From an uncultured Candidatus Actinomarina sp. (GTDB lineage: Bacteria > Actinomycetota > Acidimicrobiia > Actinomarinales > Actinomarinaceae), in NCBI GenBank assembly GCA_902627635.1, contig CACOKA010000003.1:1-54726 (forward strand): a DNA stretch of 54,726 bases. Reading direction: 5' to 3'. Below are positions 45,471-54,726 of this stretch, piece after piece. How positions within the stretch are numbered: the first letter of the stretch is position 1; each line of letters opens with the position of its first letter. The notes below the pieces were generated by a model. It was given only the letters and a program-made list of their open reading frames with translations, was not told the origin of the DNA and did no database searches. The position numbers were made by a program, and so were the translations under genes.

Positions 45471-46925
45471 ATGGAAAAAATTCATACAAAAAGAGATTAT
45501 CTTGATTCTCTTAAAAATAGAAATCTAACTATCTATCTCATGGGTGAACTCGTAAAAGATCCCCTCTCTCACCCAATTATTAAACCAAGTATCGAAGCTA
45601 TGGCAGAAACTTATGCACTAGCAGATAGAGATCCTGAATTAGCCACAACTATTTCACCATATACAAATGAACCAATTAATAGATTCTTACATATTGCGAA
45701 TAGCAATGAAGATTTATTTATGCAAAATGAAATGCAAAGAAGACTTGGTCAACTAACCGGTACTTGTTTTCAAAGGTGCGTTGGAATGGATGCATTTAAT
45801 GCCCTTCATTCAGTTACTTATGAAATTGATGAAAAATACGATACAGATTACCATAAAAAATTTATCAGTTTCTTAACAAAAATGCACGAAGGAAACCTAG
45901 TTATTGGTGGAGCTATGACAGATGTTAAAGGCGATAGATCAAAACCTCCCCATCAACAAGCAGATCAAGATCTATATCTAAGAGTTGTAAATAGAGATGA
46001 TAATGGTGTTTATGTTTCAGGAGCTAAAGCACATCAGACAGGTTGTATAAATTCACACTGGATGGTGGTTATGCCGACATTAAGACTAACTGAAAATGAT
46101 AAAGATTATGCGATCGTAGGGGCATTGCCAATTGAAACTGAAGGTATTACATATATTTATGGACGTCAATCTTGTGATACAAGAAGTATGGAACCAGGAG
46201 AATATGATGTTGGAAATAAATATTTTGCTGGTCAGGAAGCAATGGTTATTTTTGATAATGTATTTATTCCAAATGAGCTCATATTTATGAATGGTGAATA
46301 TGATTTTGCTGCAATGCTTGTTGAAAGATTTACATGCTACCATCGAAGGTCCTACGTATGTAAATCTGGTGTTGGAGATGTAATGATTGGGGCTGCAGCC
46401 AGTATTGCAGAATATAACGGAGTTGAAGATAAGTCACATATCAAAGAAAAGCTGATTGAAATGAATAAATTGAATGAAACAATTTATGCCACAGGTATTG
46501 CTTCATCTTTGCAAGGTAAGAAAACAAGAAGTGGCAATTTCATAAATGATGATTTATTGGCAAATGTATGCAAACAGCATGTTACAAAGGAAACTTATGA
46601 AATAGGAAGGCTAGCTCAAGACTTAGCCGGAGGACTAGTTGCTTCGATGCCTTCAGGTATAGACATAAATGAAAGTGAGATGTCTCCAAATTTATTGAAA
46701 TATCTAAAGGGTAAAGAGGACATAAACACTGAAGATCGTGTGAGCATGCTTAGACTAATTGAAAATATGACACTAGGAAGGAATGCTGTTGCATATTTAA
46801 CTGAATCAATGCACGGTGCTGGTTCACCACAAGCTCAAAGAATACAAATTTCAAGAAAAGTTGATATTGAAGAGAAGAAAAACTTTGCTAAAAAACTTTC
46901 AGGAATAATAAATAGAGAAGATTAA
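45471..46925 (+). CDS. abfD: 4-hydroxybutyryl-CoA dehydratase / vinylacetyl-CoA isomerase
   Basis: TCFQRCVGMD and YHRRSYVCK supply the Cys,Cys,His,Cys Fe-S ligands; AMTDVKGDRS, GAKAHQTG, ESMHGAGSPQAQRI. Confidence 0.88.
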   Translation: MEKIHTKRDYLDSLKNRNLTIYLMGELVKDPLSHPIIKPSIEAMAETYALADRDPELATTISPYTNEPINRFLHIANSNEDLFMQNEMQRRLGQLTGTCFQRCVGMDAFNALHSVTYEIDEKYDTDYHKKFISFLTKMHEGNLVIGGAMTDVKGDRSKPPHQQADQDLYLRVVNRDDNGVYVSGAKAHQTGCINSHWMVVMPTLRLTENDKDYAIVGALPIETEGITYIYGRQSCDTRSMEPGEYDVGNKYFAGQEAMVIFDNVFIPNELIFMNGEYDFAAMLVERFTCYHRRSYVCKSGVGDVMIGAAASIAEYNGVEDKSHIKEKLIEMNKLNETIYATGIASSLQGKKTRSGNFINDDLLANVCKQHVTKETYEIGRLAQDLAGGLVASMPSGIDINESEMSPNLLKYLKGKEDINTEDRVSMLRLIENMTLGRNAVAYLTESMHGAGSPQAQRIQISRKVDIEEKKNFAKKLSGIINRED

Positions 46926-47896
46926 TGAAAGCTGTTGTTTGTACAAAAATAGGTGACCCTAATCTTCTTGAAATTAAAGAGATCGAAAAACCAAAACCAA
47001 ATAAAAATGAGGTACTTATAGATGTACAAGCTGCTGGTGTAAATTTTCCTGACGCTTTAATGGTTCAAGGTAAATACCAAATTGTTATGGAACCTCCTTT
47101 TACTCCCGGTAATGAGGTTTGTGGATATATTGAAGATTCTGGTGATGATGTAGATATAGAAAATGGAACAAAGGTAATAGCTCTTCCACCAATCGGAGGT
47201 TTTTCTGAATATGTTTGTGTAGATAAAAATTTAGTAATACCTGTATCAGAAAAAGTTGACTCAATGGCCGGCGCAAGCTTGCCTATAAATTATGGAACTT
47301 GTTATTACGCACTCAAAAGAAGAGCAAATATTAAAGAGGGTGAAACACTCTTGGTTCTTGGGGCATCTGGAGGGATAGGTACGGCAACAATTCAATTAGC
47401 AAAAATAATGGGAGTAAAGACTATATGTGCTGTAGGTAGTAATGAAAAAGCAGAATATGTTAAGTCACTAGGAGCAGATGAAATTATTAGATACGACCAG
47501 ATAGATTTGAAAGAAACCGTAAAAGATCTTACCAATGGAAAAGGCGTAGATGTTGTAATGGATCCTGTAGGTGGAAATATAACAGAACAAGCTTTGAGGG
47601 CTACCGCATGGAATGGAAGGCTACTTGTAGTTGGTTTTACTGATGGAAATATTCCTAAAATACCACTTAATTTAACTTTAGTTAAAGGTGTTTCAATAGT
47701 TGGTGTATGGTGGGGTCGTTGGACTACAACGTCACCTGAAGAAACTGCTGAAGACTTTAGTGAGTTATTAAGTTTTATTGAAAAAGGTGAATTAGATATT
47801 AAACCGAACAATGTTCACACAATAGAAGAAACTCCTCTTGCATTGGAAAATTTTCTTTCTCGTAAGAATATCGGTAAAACTGTTATAAGCTTTTAA
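46925..47896 (+). CDS. NADPH:quinone oxidoreductase family (MDR, zeta-crystallin-like)
   Basis: GVNFPD, GKYQ, PFTPGNE, GASGGIG, DPVGG, GRLLVVGF; no Zn ligands. Confidence 0.9.
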   Translation: MKAVVCTKIGDPNLLEIKEIEKPKPNKNEVLIDVQAAGVNFPDALMVQGKYQIVMEPPFTPGNEVCGYIEDSGDDVDIENGTKVIALPPIGGFSEYVCVDKNLVIPVSEKVDSMAGASLPINYGTCYYALKRRANIKEGETLLVLGASGGIGTATIQLAKIMGVKTICAVGSNEKAEYVKSLGADEIIRYDQIDLKETVKDLTNGKGVDVVMDPVGGNITEQALRATAWNGRLLVVGFTDGNIPKIPLNLTLVKGVSIVGVWWGRWTTTSPEETAEDFSELLSFIEKGELDIKPNNVHTIEETPLALENFLSRKNIGKTVISF

Positions 47897-48529
47897 TTAT
47901 TTTTTTGAAGATTCGAAATAAGGATTTGACCCTGAAGCATGATCTGTCGCATCAATAATATTTCCTATTTCTGGTACTGCATCTCTTAGGGCTTTTTCAA
48001 TACCTTGTGTTAAGGTTACCTGTGCCATGCCACATCCCTGGCAACCACCACCAAGTCTTAAATATATATCTTGCCCCTCTACGCCAACAAGACTTGCTTG
48101 TCCACCATGGGAAGCTATTGCAGGATTTATTTGGCTTTCTAAAACTGTCTGCACTTTCTCTGCTAATTCCCCAGTAAGCTCAGGCATTTCTTCAGGGTTG
48201 CCAAACATTGCTGGGCTTGGCGTATTAGGATTATCCATTGTTAAGCCAGGTGCGCTTGGATCATCTGACATGTCTAGACTTGCGCCATTAAAATTATCAA
48301 CATCCTTGCTTGCAATAACTACTGATAAACCACCAAATTCAATTCTTTTATCATCAGGCCTTGCTTGATCTAGGTCTAAGAAGCTTAAATCATATGTATA
48401 TTGATTGCCTTGGACTCCATCAATTTGCAAAAAAAGTGCATAATCTTTGTCGCCTGGTTCTTGTTCTCTTAATTCAAGAATTTTATCAACAGCAGTATCT
48501 CCAATATTGAATTTAAATTCGTCAGTCAT
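47897..48529 (-). CDS. nfuA: NfuA-like Fe-S carrier (degenerate A-type domain + Nfu domain)
   Basis: INPAIASHGG, GGGCQGCG, DATDHASGSNPYF. Confidence 0.85.
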   Translation of the reverse strand: MTDEFKFNIGDTAVDKILELREQEPGDKDYALFLQIDGVQGNQYTYDLSFLDLDQARPDDKRIEFGGLSVVIASKDVDNFNGASLDMSDDPSAPGLTMDNPNTPSPAMFGNPEEMPELTGELAEKVQTVLESQINPAIASHGGQASLVGVEGQDIYLRLGGGCQGCGMAQVTLTQGIEKALRDAVPEIGNIIDATDHASGSNPYFESSKK

Positions 48530-48569
48530 ATACTTAATATTAGTAAGTTCAAGATATGTGTAAATAAAT

Positions 48570-49751
48570 ATGAAGAAACTATTACTTGTAATACCGGAAA
48601 ATAGCTATAAATCTAATGATTTTGTTACATCAGCAGAAAAATTAGATATAGATTTTTTAGTAATTACTGACAGCCAACAAGTTTCAGGTCAATTTTCAGA
48701 CACTGTAATAATCCACAGTTTTGATAAGCAAATAGATGATGATACAAAACAAAAATTAAAGGATATTACTCACGTACTTCCCGTTGATCATAGCGCATTA
48801 AAATTTTCTTCTTATCTTGTAGATTTATTAAATGCTAAAGGAAATAATAGTATTTCAATTAATAATGCTATGAATAAATTTAAATCAAGAAATATATTTA
48901 ATTCAATATCGAAAATAAAGATTCAGAACAAAGTTGTTAAGAATATCGAAGACATTGAGCTGTTTGTAAATAAAAATGGACCCTCAGTATTGAAACCAAT
49001 TTACGGAACTGCAAGTAAAAGTGTAATAAAAATTAAAAATCTTCAAGAAAACAGAATTGAAATAGAAAAACTAATGGAAGACTGCTCAGATCAGAATTTA
49101 ATTATCGAAAAATTTGTAGATGGAAAAGAATATGCATTAGAAGGAAATTTAATAAATTCTGTATTAAAAAAAATAGTTATATTTGATAAGCCAATAAATT
49201 ATAAAGAACCATACTTTGAAGAATCTATTTACATTACACCTGCAGAAATACCAGAGGAAACTCAAAAGGATATTATTGACCTAATTGGTAAAGCTTGCAG
49301 TGAATTAGGTCTTGAAAATGGACCAGTGCACGTTGAATTTAAAATACATGATGAAAAAATATTTATTATTGAGGTTAACCCAAGGATGATTGGTGGCTTG
49401 TGTTCAAGGTGTTTAAGTTTTGGTTTATTTAAAACCTCACTTGAAGAAATAGCTCTTCACGCTTTCTTAAATGATGAATTAAAAAGTATTGAATTACTTA
49501 GTAGTTTTGTAGGAGTATTAATGATTCCAACTCCTAAGTCCGGAAAATTTATTTCGATCAATAAAGATGATCTTGAGAAAATACCTAATATTTCAGGAGT
49601 TGAAATTACTGTATCAGAAAACTCCCATCTATTAGAACCTCCTTTTGGAGATAAATATTTAGGATTTGTTTTTTCACAAGGTGAAAGTAAAGAAAAAGTA
49701 TTAGAGTCATTAACTTTTGCTTTGAATTTAGCGAATCCAATTATTGAATAA
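48570..49751 (+). CDS. ATP-grasp domain ligase of unknown substrate
   Basis: NKFKSR, VLKP, IIEKFVDGKEY, GPVHVEF, IEVNPRMIGG. Confidence 0.85.
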   Translation: MKKLLLVIPENSYKSNDFVTSAEKLDIDFLVITDSQQVSGQFSDTVIIHSFDKQIDDDTKQKLKDITHVLPVDHSALKFSSYLVDLLNAKGNNSISINNAMNKFKSRNIFNSISKIKIQNKVVKNIEDIELFVNKNGPSVLKPIYGTASKSVIKIKNLQENRIEIEKLMEDCSDQNLIIEKFVDGKEYALEGNLINSVLKKIVIFDKPINYKEPYFEESIYITPAEIPEETQKDIIDLIGKACSELGLENGPVHVEFKIHDEKIFIIEVNPRMIGGLCSRCLSFGLFKTSLEEIALHAFLNDELKSIELLSSFVGVLMIPTPKSGKFISINKDDLEKIPNISGVEITVSENSHLLEPPFGDKYLGFVFSQGESKEKVLESLTFALNLANPIIE

Positions 49752-49774
49752 AGTATGATAACCTTCAATAAAAT

Positions 49775-50392
49775 ATGAAAAATGCATTAATCATAAACGG
49801 TGGCAATAATACGACTGAAAGAGACCAGATCGGTGAGTTTGATTTTGTAGTTGCAGTTGATTCGGGTGCAGAACATGCCTATAAATTATTTTTAAAACCT
49901 GATTTAGTAATTGGTGATCTAGATTCCATTGATGAAAAAACATATGAAAGGGTAATAAAAGATAATATCGAAATAAAAGAGTATCAAGAATATAAAGATA
50001 ATACCGATTTTGAAATTGCTTTAAACCATGTGATGAATATGGAGATTAAAAATGTAACTGTAATTGGAGGAGAATATGGAGATATTGATCATTTATTTGG
50101 CACATTATTTACAATAGTTAACTTGCATACAGATGAAAATATTTTGTGGATTCATGGTGAGCAAAATATATTATTTCCAAACTCAGAAAGTATAGAAATT
50201 GGTATTAATAAAAATTTTAGTATTTTACCTTTTTCAGATTTAAAAAACTTAAGCATCTCTGGAGCAGAATGGAATTTAAAAAATGAAAATGTTGAATTTG
50301 GAAAATCTAGAACTCTTCGAAATATCTCAAGAAATAAACAAATAGATATTTCAGTTTCAAAAGGAAAATTCTGTTTAGTAATTAATGATTAA
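49775..50392 (+). CDS. thiN: Thiamine pyrophosphokinase
   Basis: AVDSGA, IGDLDS, KDNTDFEIAL, DHL, terminal TLRNIS. Confidence 0.88.
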   Translation: MKNALIINGGNNTTERDQIGEFDFVVAVDSGAEHAYKLFLKPDLVIGDLDSIDEKTYERVIKDNIEIKEYQEYKDNTDFEIALNHVMNMEIKNVTVIGGEYGDIDHLFGTLFTIVNLHTDENILWIHGEQNILFPNSESIEIGINKNFSILPFSDLKNLSISGAEWNLKNENVEFGKSRTLRNISRNKQIDISVSKGKFCLVIND

Positions 50393-51606
50393 GATCTAGG
50401 TAAGTCTTTCCAAGCTTTATCTTTATCTAATTTTGGTTCGCTAGGAAGACCAAGCACTCTCTCGGCAATAATATTTCTCATTATTTCAGAAGTGCCTCCC
50501 TCAATAGAATTTGCTCGAGATCTCAAAAATAAACTTTGTGTATCAGTAAATCCATAAGAATCGTTATCAAAATTTAATTCTGGCTGTGATAATTCATATC
50601 CTCTAGGGAATAATAAGCCATCATTTCCTAACATCTCCATACCAAATTCATAAGAAGATTTATTTATTTCAGCTTCATGAAGCTTGCTAGTAGATCCTTC
50701 TGGACCAGGTGTACCTTTTTCCCTTAATTCAGAAGCTCTCAAGTTCGTAAGGCGTACAGCTTCCTGTTGGATCCATAATTCAACCAATTTATCTTTGATT
50801 ACAGGATCATCTAGGTTACGATCTTTCCATAATTGAACTAGGTGTCCTGGTGCACCACTTCCTCTTTGTCTTACATTTCCACCTATTGCAACTCTTTCGT
50901 TCATCAAAATAGCTAATGATACTCTCCAGCCATCACCAACTTCGCCTAAAACGTTCTCTTTAGGAATTTTTACGTCTGTGAAATATACTTCATTAAATTC
51001 AGCTTCTCCAGTAATTTGTCTCAATGGCCTCACTTCAACTCCCTCTGATTCCATATCAACTATGAAAAAAGTTAAACCTCTATGTTTTGGAACATCAGGA
51101 TCTGTTCTGGTTACAAGTAAACCCCATTTTGAAAGATGTCCAAGAGTAGTCCATACTTTTTGTCCGTTTACAATATATCCATCTCCATCATCAACAGCTT
51201 TGGTAGATAGACTTGCTAAATCTGAACCAGAACCAGGTTCAGAGAATAATTGGCACCAAATTTCTTCAGCAGTAAACATTGGTTTCAAATATTTATCAAT
51301 TTGCTCTTTTGTACCATACTCCACAATTGTCGGAGCTCCCATTCCAATTCCAAGAAGATTTGCAATTCTGTTATTAATTGAAATACCCTCTTTTCTTAGT
51401 GTTTCATTTACCAAGAGCTGGAATTTTGGATTTACATTTAATCCTCCTGCTCCTTCTGGAAAATGAACCCAAGCTAAGCCTAAATCAAATTGTTTTGCCC
51501 AAAAATCTGTTTTAGAATCATTATCTTTTCTAAAGGAAATAAGCTCATCAAGTTTTTCACGAACTAAAACTTCTGGATTACTTATATCAGTTTTTGTATC
51601 TGACAA
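50389..51606 (-). CDS. Acyl-CoA dehydrogenase
   Basis: WCQLFSEPGSGSDLASL, NGQKVWT, EFNEVYF, SIEGGTSEIMRNIIAERVLGLP. Confidence 0.95.
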   Translation of the reverse strand: MSDTKTDISNPEVLVREKLDELISFRKDNDSKTDFWAKQFDLGLAWVHFPEGAGGLNVNPKFQLLVNETLRKEGISINNRIANLLGIGMGAPTIVEYGTKEQIDKYLKPMFTAEEIWCQLFSEPGSGSDLASLSTKAVDDGDGYIVNGQKVWTTLGHLSKWGLLVTRTDPDVPKHRGLTFFIVDMESEGVEVRPLRQITGEAEFNEVYFTDVKIPKENVLGEVGDGWRVSLAILMNERVAIGGNVRQRGSGAPGHLVQLWKDRNLDDPVIKDKLVELWIQQEAVRLTNLRASELREKGTPGPEGSTSKLHEAEINKSSYEFGMEMLGNDGLLFPRGYELSQPELNFDNDSYGFTDTQSLFLRSRANSIEGGTSEIMRNIIAERVLGLPSEPKLDKDKAWKDLPRS

Positions 51607-51607
51607 A

Positions 51608-52513
51608 TTACTCTCCTTGTTTCATTGCTTCAGTAAATAATGGTAGTTCATCAGCAAGGCTAGTAGGGTATATTGAATTTGATAAATCTCTAATCTTTTC
51701 AATATTTTGAAGAATATCTTCTGCACTTGCCTTGGGATTAAAATATCCTACATCTGTTGATATACCTACTCTTGAAAATCTTCCTCCACCTGCTGAAAAA
51801 ATTTCATGGGTAATATCACATTGTTCAGATGCTAGAAAAACTACAAGTGGAGTTATATTATCCACTGTTAACATATTTGCCATATCTTCACCAAACAATG
51901 ACTCTGTCATCCTCGTTGCTGCGTTTGGAGCAATGACATTTGCTTTTATGTTATATTTTGCACCTTCGATGGCAAGAACATTTGTTAGTCCTACGATTCC
52001 CATTTTTGCGGCTCCATAATTTAATTGACCAAAATTACCAAAAAGACCAGACGGTGATGAGACATTTACAAATCTACCATATCCTTGTTCTTTCATCTGA
52101 ACAAAAGCAGGTTGGCAAACAAAGAATGTACCTTTTAAATGAACATCAATAATTGCATTTAGATCTTCTTCTTCCATTTTTGCAAAACTTTTATCTCTTA
52201 ATATCCCTGCATTGTTCACAACAGCATGGATCCCACCAAACTCACTTAAAGCAGACTGAACTATGGATTCTCCCCCATTCTTTGTTGCTACTGAGTCATA
52301 ATTTGCAACTGCACTACCTCCATTATCAATGATTTCTTTTACAACAATGTCAGCAGGTGCATTTTCTGAGCCTTCGCCATTAACTGAACCCCCAATATCG
52401 TTTACAACTACATTTGCACCCCTATTTGCAAATTCGAGTGCATATGCTTTTCCAAGTCCATTTCCTGCACCAGTAACGACAACTGTTTTGTTTTCAAAAT
52501 TTACATCACCCAT
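51608..52513 (-). CDS. SDR oxidoreductase, (3R)-hydroxyacyl-CoA dehydrogenase (MFE-2 N-domain-like)
   Basis: TGAGNGLG, VVVND, NNAGILRD, GNFGQLNYGAAK. Confidence 0.9.
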   Translation of the reverse strand: MGDVNFENKTVVVTGAGNGLGKAYALEFANRGANVVVNDIGGSVNGEGSENAPADIVVKEIIDNGGSAVANYDSVATKNGGESIVQSALSEFGGIHAVVNNAGILRDKSFAKMEEEDLNAIIDVHLKGTFFVCQPAFVQMKEQGYGRFVNVSSPSGLFGNFGQLNYGAAKMGIVGLTNVLAIEGAKYNIKANVIAPNAATRMTESLFGEDMANMLTVDNITPLVVFLASEQCDITHEIFSAGGGRFSRVGISTDVGYFNPKASAEDILQNIEKIRDLSNSIYPTSLADELPLFTEAMKQGE

Positions 52514-52515
52514 CT

Positions 52516-54444
52516 TTAGACCTCCTCGTACATGGATTCGATTTCATCTTTATATCTTTCAGTTACAACATGTCTTTTCAGTTTAAGAGAGGGCGTTAAT
52601 TCTCCACTACTGTCAGTCCACTCATTAGAAAGTAGTGTAAACTTCTTGATTTGTTGAACGTTTGCTACTTTACTATTTGATTTATCTACATGTGCTTGAA
52701 TTTCAGCAAGAACTTTTTCATTTTTAGACATGCTTTCAATGTCATACTCAATATTGTTTTCATTTGCCCATTTTTCAGCACCACCATCACCATCTAGAAC
52801 AATTAATGCACTTAAAAATTTCTTTCCATCACCAACCATGCAAATTTGACCAATTAAATCATGAGTTTTTATTAAATTTTCTAACTCAACAGGTGCTATG
52901 TTTTTTCCACCGGAAGTAATAATTATTTCTTTCTTTCTTCCAATTATTTTTGCAAAACCATTTTCATCAATTTCAGCTAAATCACCTGTGTGAAGCCATC
53001 CATCTTCATCAAATGTAGCTTTTGTTTCTTCTTCTGCTTTGTAATATCCCTTTGCAACATGTTTTCCTCTAATGCACAGTTCACCATCGTCTAATACTTT
53101 AATTTCAGTACCCATTATTGGCATGCCAACCTTTCCAATTGGATTCATCACATCTGGAACAGGTAGATTATTAGATTTTAATAAACTATTAAAGTAGCTA
53201 TTTGCAAAATTAGGAACACAAAAAGTAGCTGGACCAGTGTCTTCAGTCATTCCATATACTTCTGCAACATCAATATGAATTGCATGAAACCATTTTTGTA
53301 CATCTGGATTCATTGGTGCAGCTGCAGTAATAAAAACTTCTGAATTATCTAACCCAAGACCAACTTTAAATGATTTTTCAAACACAAGTTTATTGAATAT
53401 TGCGTCTTTAATTCTTACTCCAAGCGGTGGGGTTTCACCTCTCTGTTCATACTCAACTCTCTCTAAGCCATTATCAATTGCTTTTAAAGCTAGGTCTTTT
53501 TTATCTGACTCATTAATTTTATTAATTAATCCTGATTGAAATCTTTCCCAAACTCTAGGTACTGCGAAGAACAACGTTGGCTTAATTGTTGGTAACGCAG
53601 TAGCCATATCTTCAAGAACAGGCACTGGGAATAACTGTCCTTTTCTAAAAATTGATTGATAATGGTCTGTCAATCTTGCAGCAATATGGGCCATTGGCAA
53701 ATATGAGACTATTCTTGGATTTGTACCTAAGCTGACTGACTGTTCTATTAAGCTCTGAATTGTGAATAAGACATTTTCATGAGTCAACATAACTCCTTTT
53801 GGATTTCCTGTTGTACCAGATGTAAATATTAGGCAAGCCAGAGAATCTGATTTTACAGTATTTATCCTGTTTTCTAATTCTGATTTATCATTATTGTTTA
53901 TTTCTTTTCCTTTGTTAATTAAATCTTCATAGCTAAGTACATAATCTAAATCCTTATATTGTTCAAAGTCCTCAATCATTACTATGTATTTCATATCTGG
54001 ACAATTTTCTTTTGCTTTATTAACTTCCTCGAAAAGTTCAGCATCTCCAACAAAGGCAACTTTGGCTTCTAAAAGATTTGAAATATATTCAATTTGTCCA
54101 GATTTTAGTTGTTTATAAATAGTCGAAGGCACAGCTCCAGCATGCATAATTCCAAGATCACAAATAAAGTGTTCTTTTACATTATTTGCAACAATGAACG
54201 CATTATCTTCTGCTTGAAGACCAATATCAATAAGACCAGAAGCTAAATTATGAACAGTTTCTCTATAAGCAGACCATGATAAAGAATCCCAACCAGTGTA
54301 TTCAGAGTTTATTGGCGTATTCAATGCCGGATATTCAGGTACTTCCTCAGCATTATTATTGAAGTAGTCAATTATAGTTTTACCTTTAACAGTGCTCATC
54401 ACTGACTTCTCTTGATTCTTTAAAAATTCTTGTATTTTGCTCAT
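52516..54444 (-). CDS. fadD: Long-chain fatty acid--CoA ligase (AMP-forming)
   Basis: FTSGTTGNPKGV, YLPMAHI, VPRVWE, YGMTE, GWLHTGD, GRKKEIIITSGGKNIAP, LTPSLKLKR. Confidence 0.93.
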   Translation of the reverse strand: MSKIQEFLKNQEKSVMSTVKGKTIIDYFNNNAEEVPEYPALNTPINSEYTGWDSLSWSAYRETVHNLASGLIDIGLQAEDNAFIVANNVKEHFICDLGIMHAGAVPSTIYKQLKSGQIEYISNLLEAKVAFVGDAELFEEVNKAKENCPDMKYIVMIEDFEQYKDLDYVLSYEDLINKGKEINNNDKSELENRINTVKSDSLACLIFTSGTTGNPKGVMLTHENVLFTIQSLIEQSVSLGTNPRIVSYLPMAHIAARLTDHYQSIFRKGQLFPVPVLEDMATALPTIKPTLFFAVPRVWERFQSGLINKINESDKKDLALKAIDNGLERVEYEQRGETPPLGVRIKDAIFNKLVFEKSFKVGLGLDNSEVFITAAAPMNPDVQKWFHAIHIDVAEVYGMTEDTGPATFCVPNFANSYFNSLLKSNNLPVPDVMNPIGKVGMPIMGTEIKVLDDGELCIRGKHVAKGYYKAEEETKATFDEDGWLHTGDLAEIDENGFAKIIGRKKEIIITSGGKNIAPVELENLIKTHDLIGQICMVGDGKKFLSALIVLDGDGGAEKWANENNIEYDIESMSKNEKVLAEIQAHVDKSNSKVANVQQIKKFTLLSNEWTDSSGELTPSLKLKRHVVTERYKDEIESMYEEV

Positions 54445-54505
54445 TAAATCCTATCTTTCATGAGTTAATTTTAATGTTCAAAGTTAAAATTCTCTAATTT
54501 GAAAC

Positions 54506-54726
54506 TCAAAATTGTTGACTTATTTTTTTCCAACCACTATCCAAGTTATAGGAATTTAAAGCGCACATAACTTCAAGAATGTGAAATGGAACAGAGAGTT
54601 CATCTTCAGAAACTGTATTATATTTTATAGCTTCAACCATGTTTACAACACCTAAACCTCTGTAAAAATTATTTTGATTATCAGGAGATGAATAAATTAA
54701 TTCCCATTGATACAAATCTTTGTCGA
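54506..54726 (-). CDS. 3' end of a probable Gfo/Idh/MocA-family oxidoreductase (runs off window)
   Basis: C-terminal pattern YRGLGVVNMVEAI...FHILEVMCAL; partial only. Confidence 0.45.
   Translation of the reverse strand, partial: DKDLYQWELIYSSPDNQNNFYRGLGVVNMVEAIKYNTVSEDELSVPFHILEVMCALNSYNLDSGWKKISQQF

Noticed and set aside
45471-46925. Autotrophic 3HP/4HB cycle
   Set aside because: No carboxylase or other cycle enzymes nearby; the context is beta-oxidation-type catabolism.
2736-52586. Many antisense or nested ORFs in the track (e.g. 7242-7670, 13210-13548, 15651-17795, 22792-23247, 47392-47811, 50978-51466)
   Set aside because: They shadow well-supported genes, have Ser/Phe/Ile-rich antisense composition and show no motifs.
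1-54726. tRNA, rRNA, riboswitch or IS elements
   Set aside because: No intergenic gap with suitable length, GC-rich structure, terminal inverted repeats or transposase motifs was seen by eye; a covariance-model scan would be needed to exclude small RNAs fully.

Overview
AT-rich, gene-dense bacterial chromosome segment with tiny or overlapping intergenic gaps. Gene content (F420 biosynthesis cofG/cofH, two F420-dependent oxidoreductases, ino1, rpsP-khpA-rimM and trmD-rplS-lepB-rnhB, recG-rsmD-coaD-yceD-rpmF-plsX-rnc-smc) and many leaderless-type promoters suggest a streamlined low-GC actinobacterium, most plausibly marine Acidimicrobiia such as 'Ca. Actinomarinales' (inference, no search run). 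Most of the window is housekeeping, nucleoside salvage, cell wall and acyl-CoA metabolism. I saw no rRNA, tRNA, CRISPR array, transposase or integrase. The most unusual parts are: (1) a DNA-processing neighbourhood at 33.1-39.7 kb, with an Fe-S PD-(D/E)XK nuclease divergent from a RecD/Dda-like helicase operon, and a phage-like Rad52/Sak annealase operon led by an unannotated Cys/His micro-ORF behind a promoter with PafBC/RecA-NDp-like geometry; (2) an SMC with no recognisable hinge; (3) a GAPDH paralog lacking the catalytic Cys, coupled to a normal gap; (4) a CofH carrying an apparently decayed CofG-like domain; (5) a lepB that needs a non-canonical start codon; (6) two alternative 4-hydroxyacyl-CoA routes in one cluster; (7) several small ORFs missed by the ORF track.
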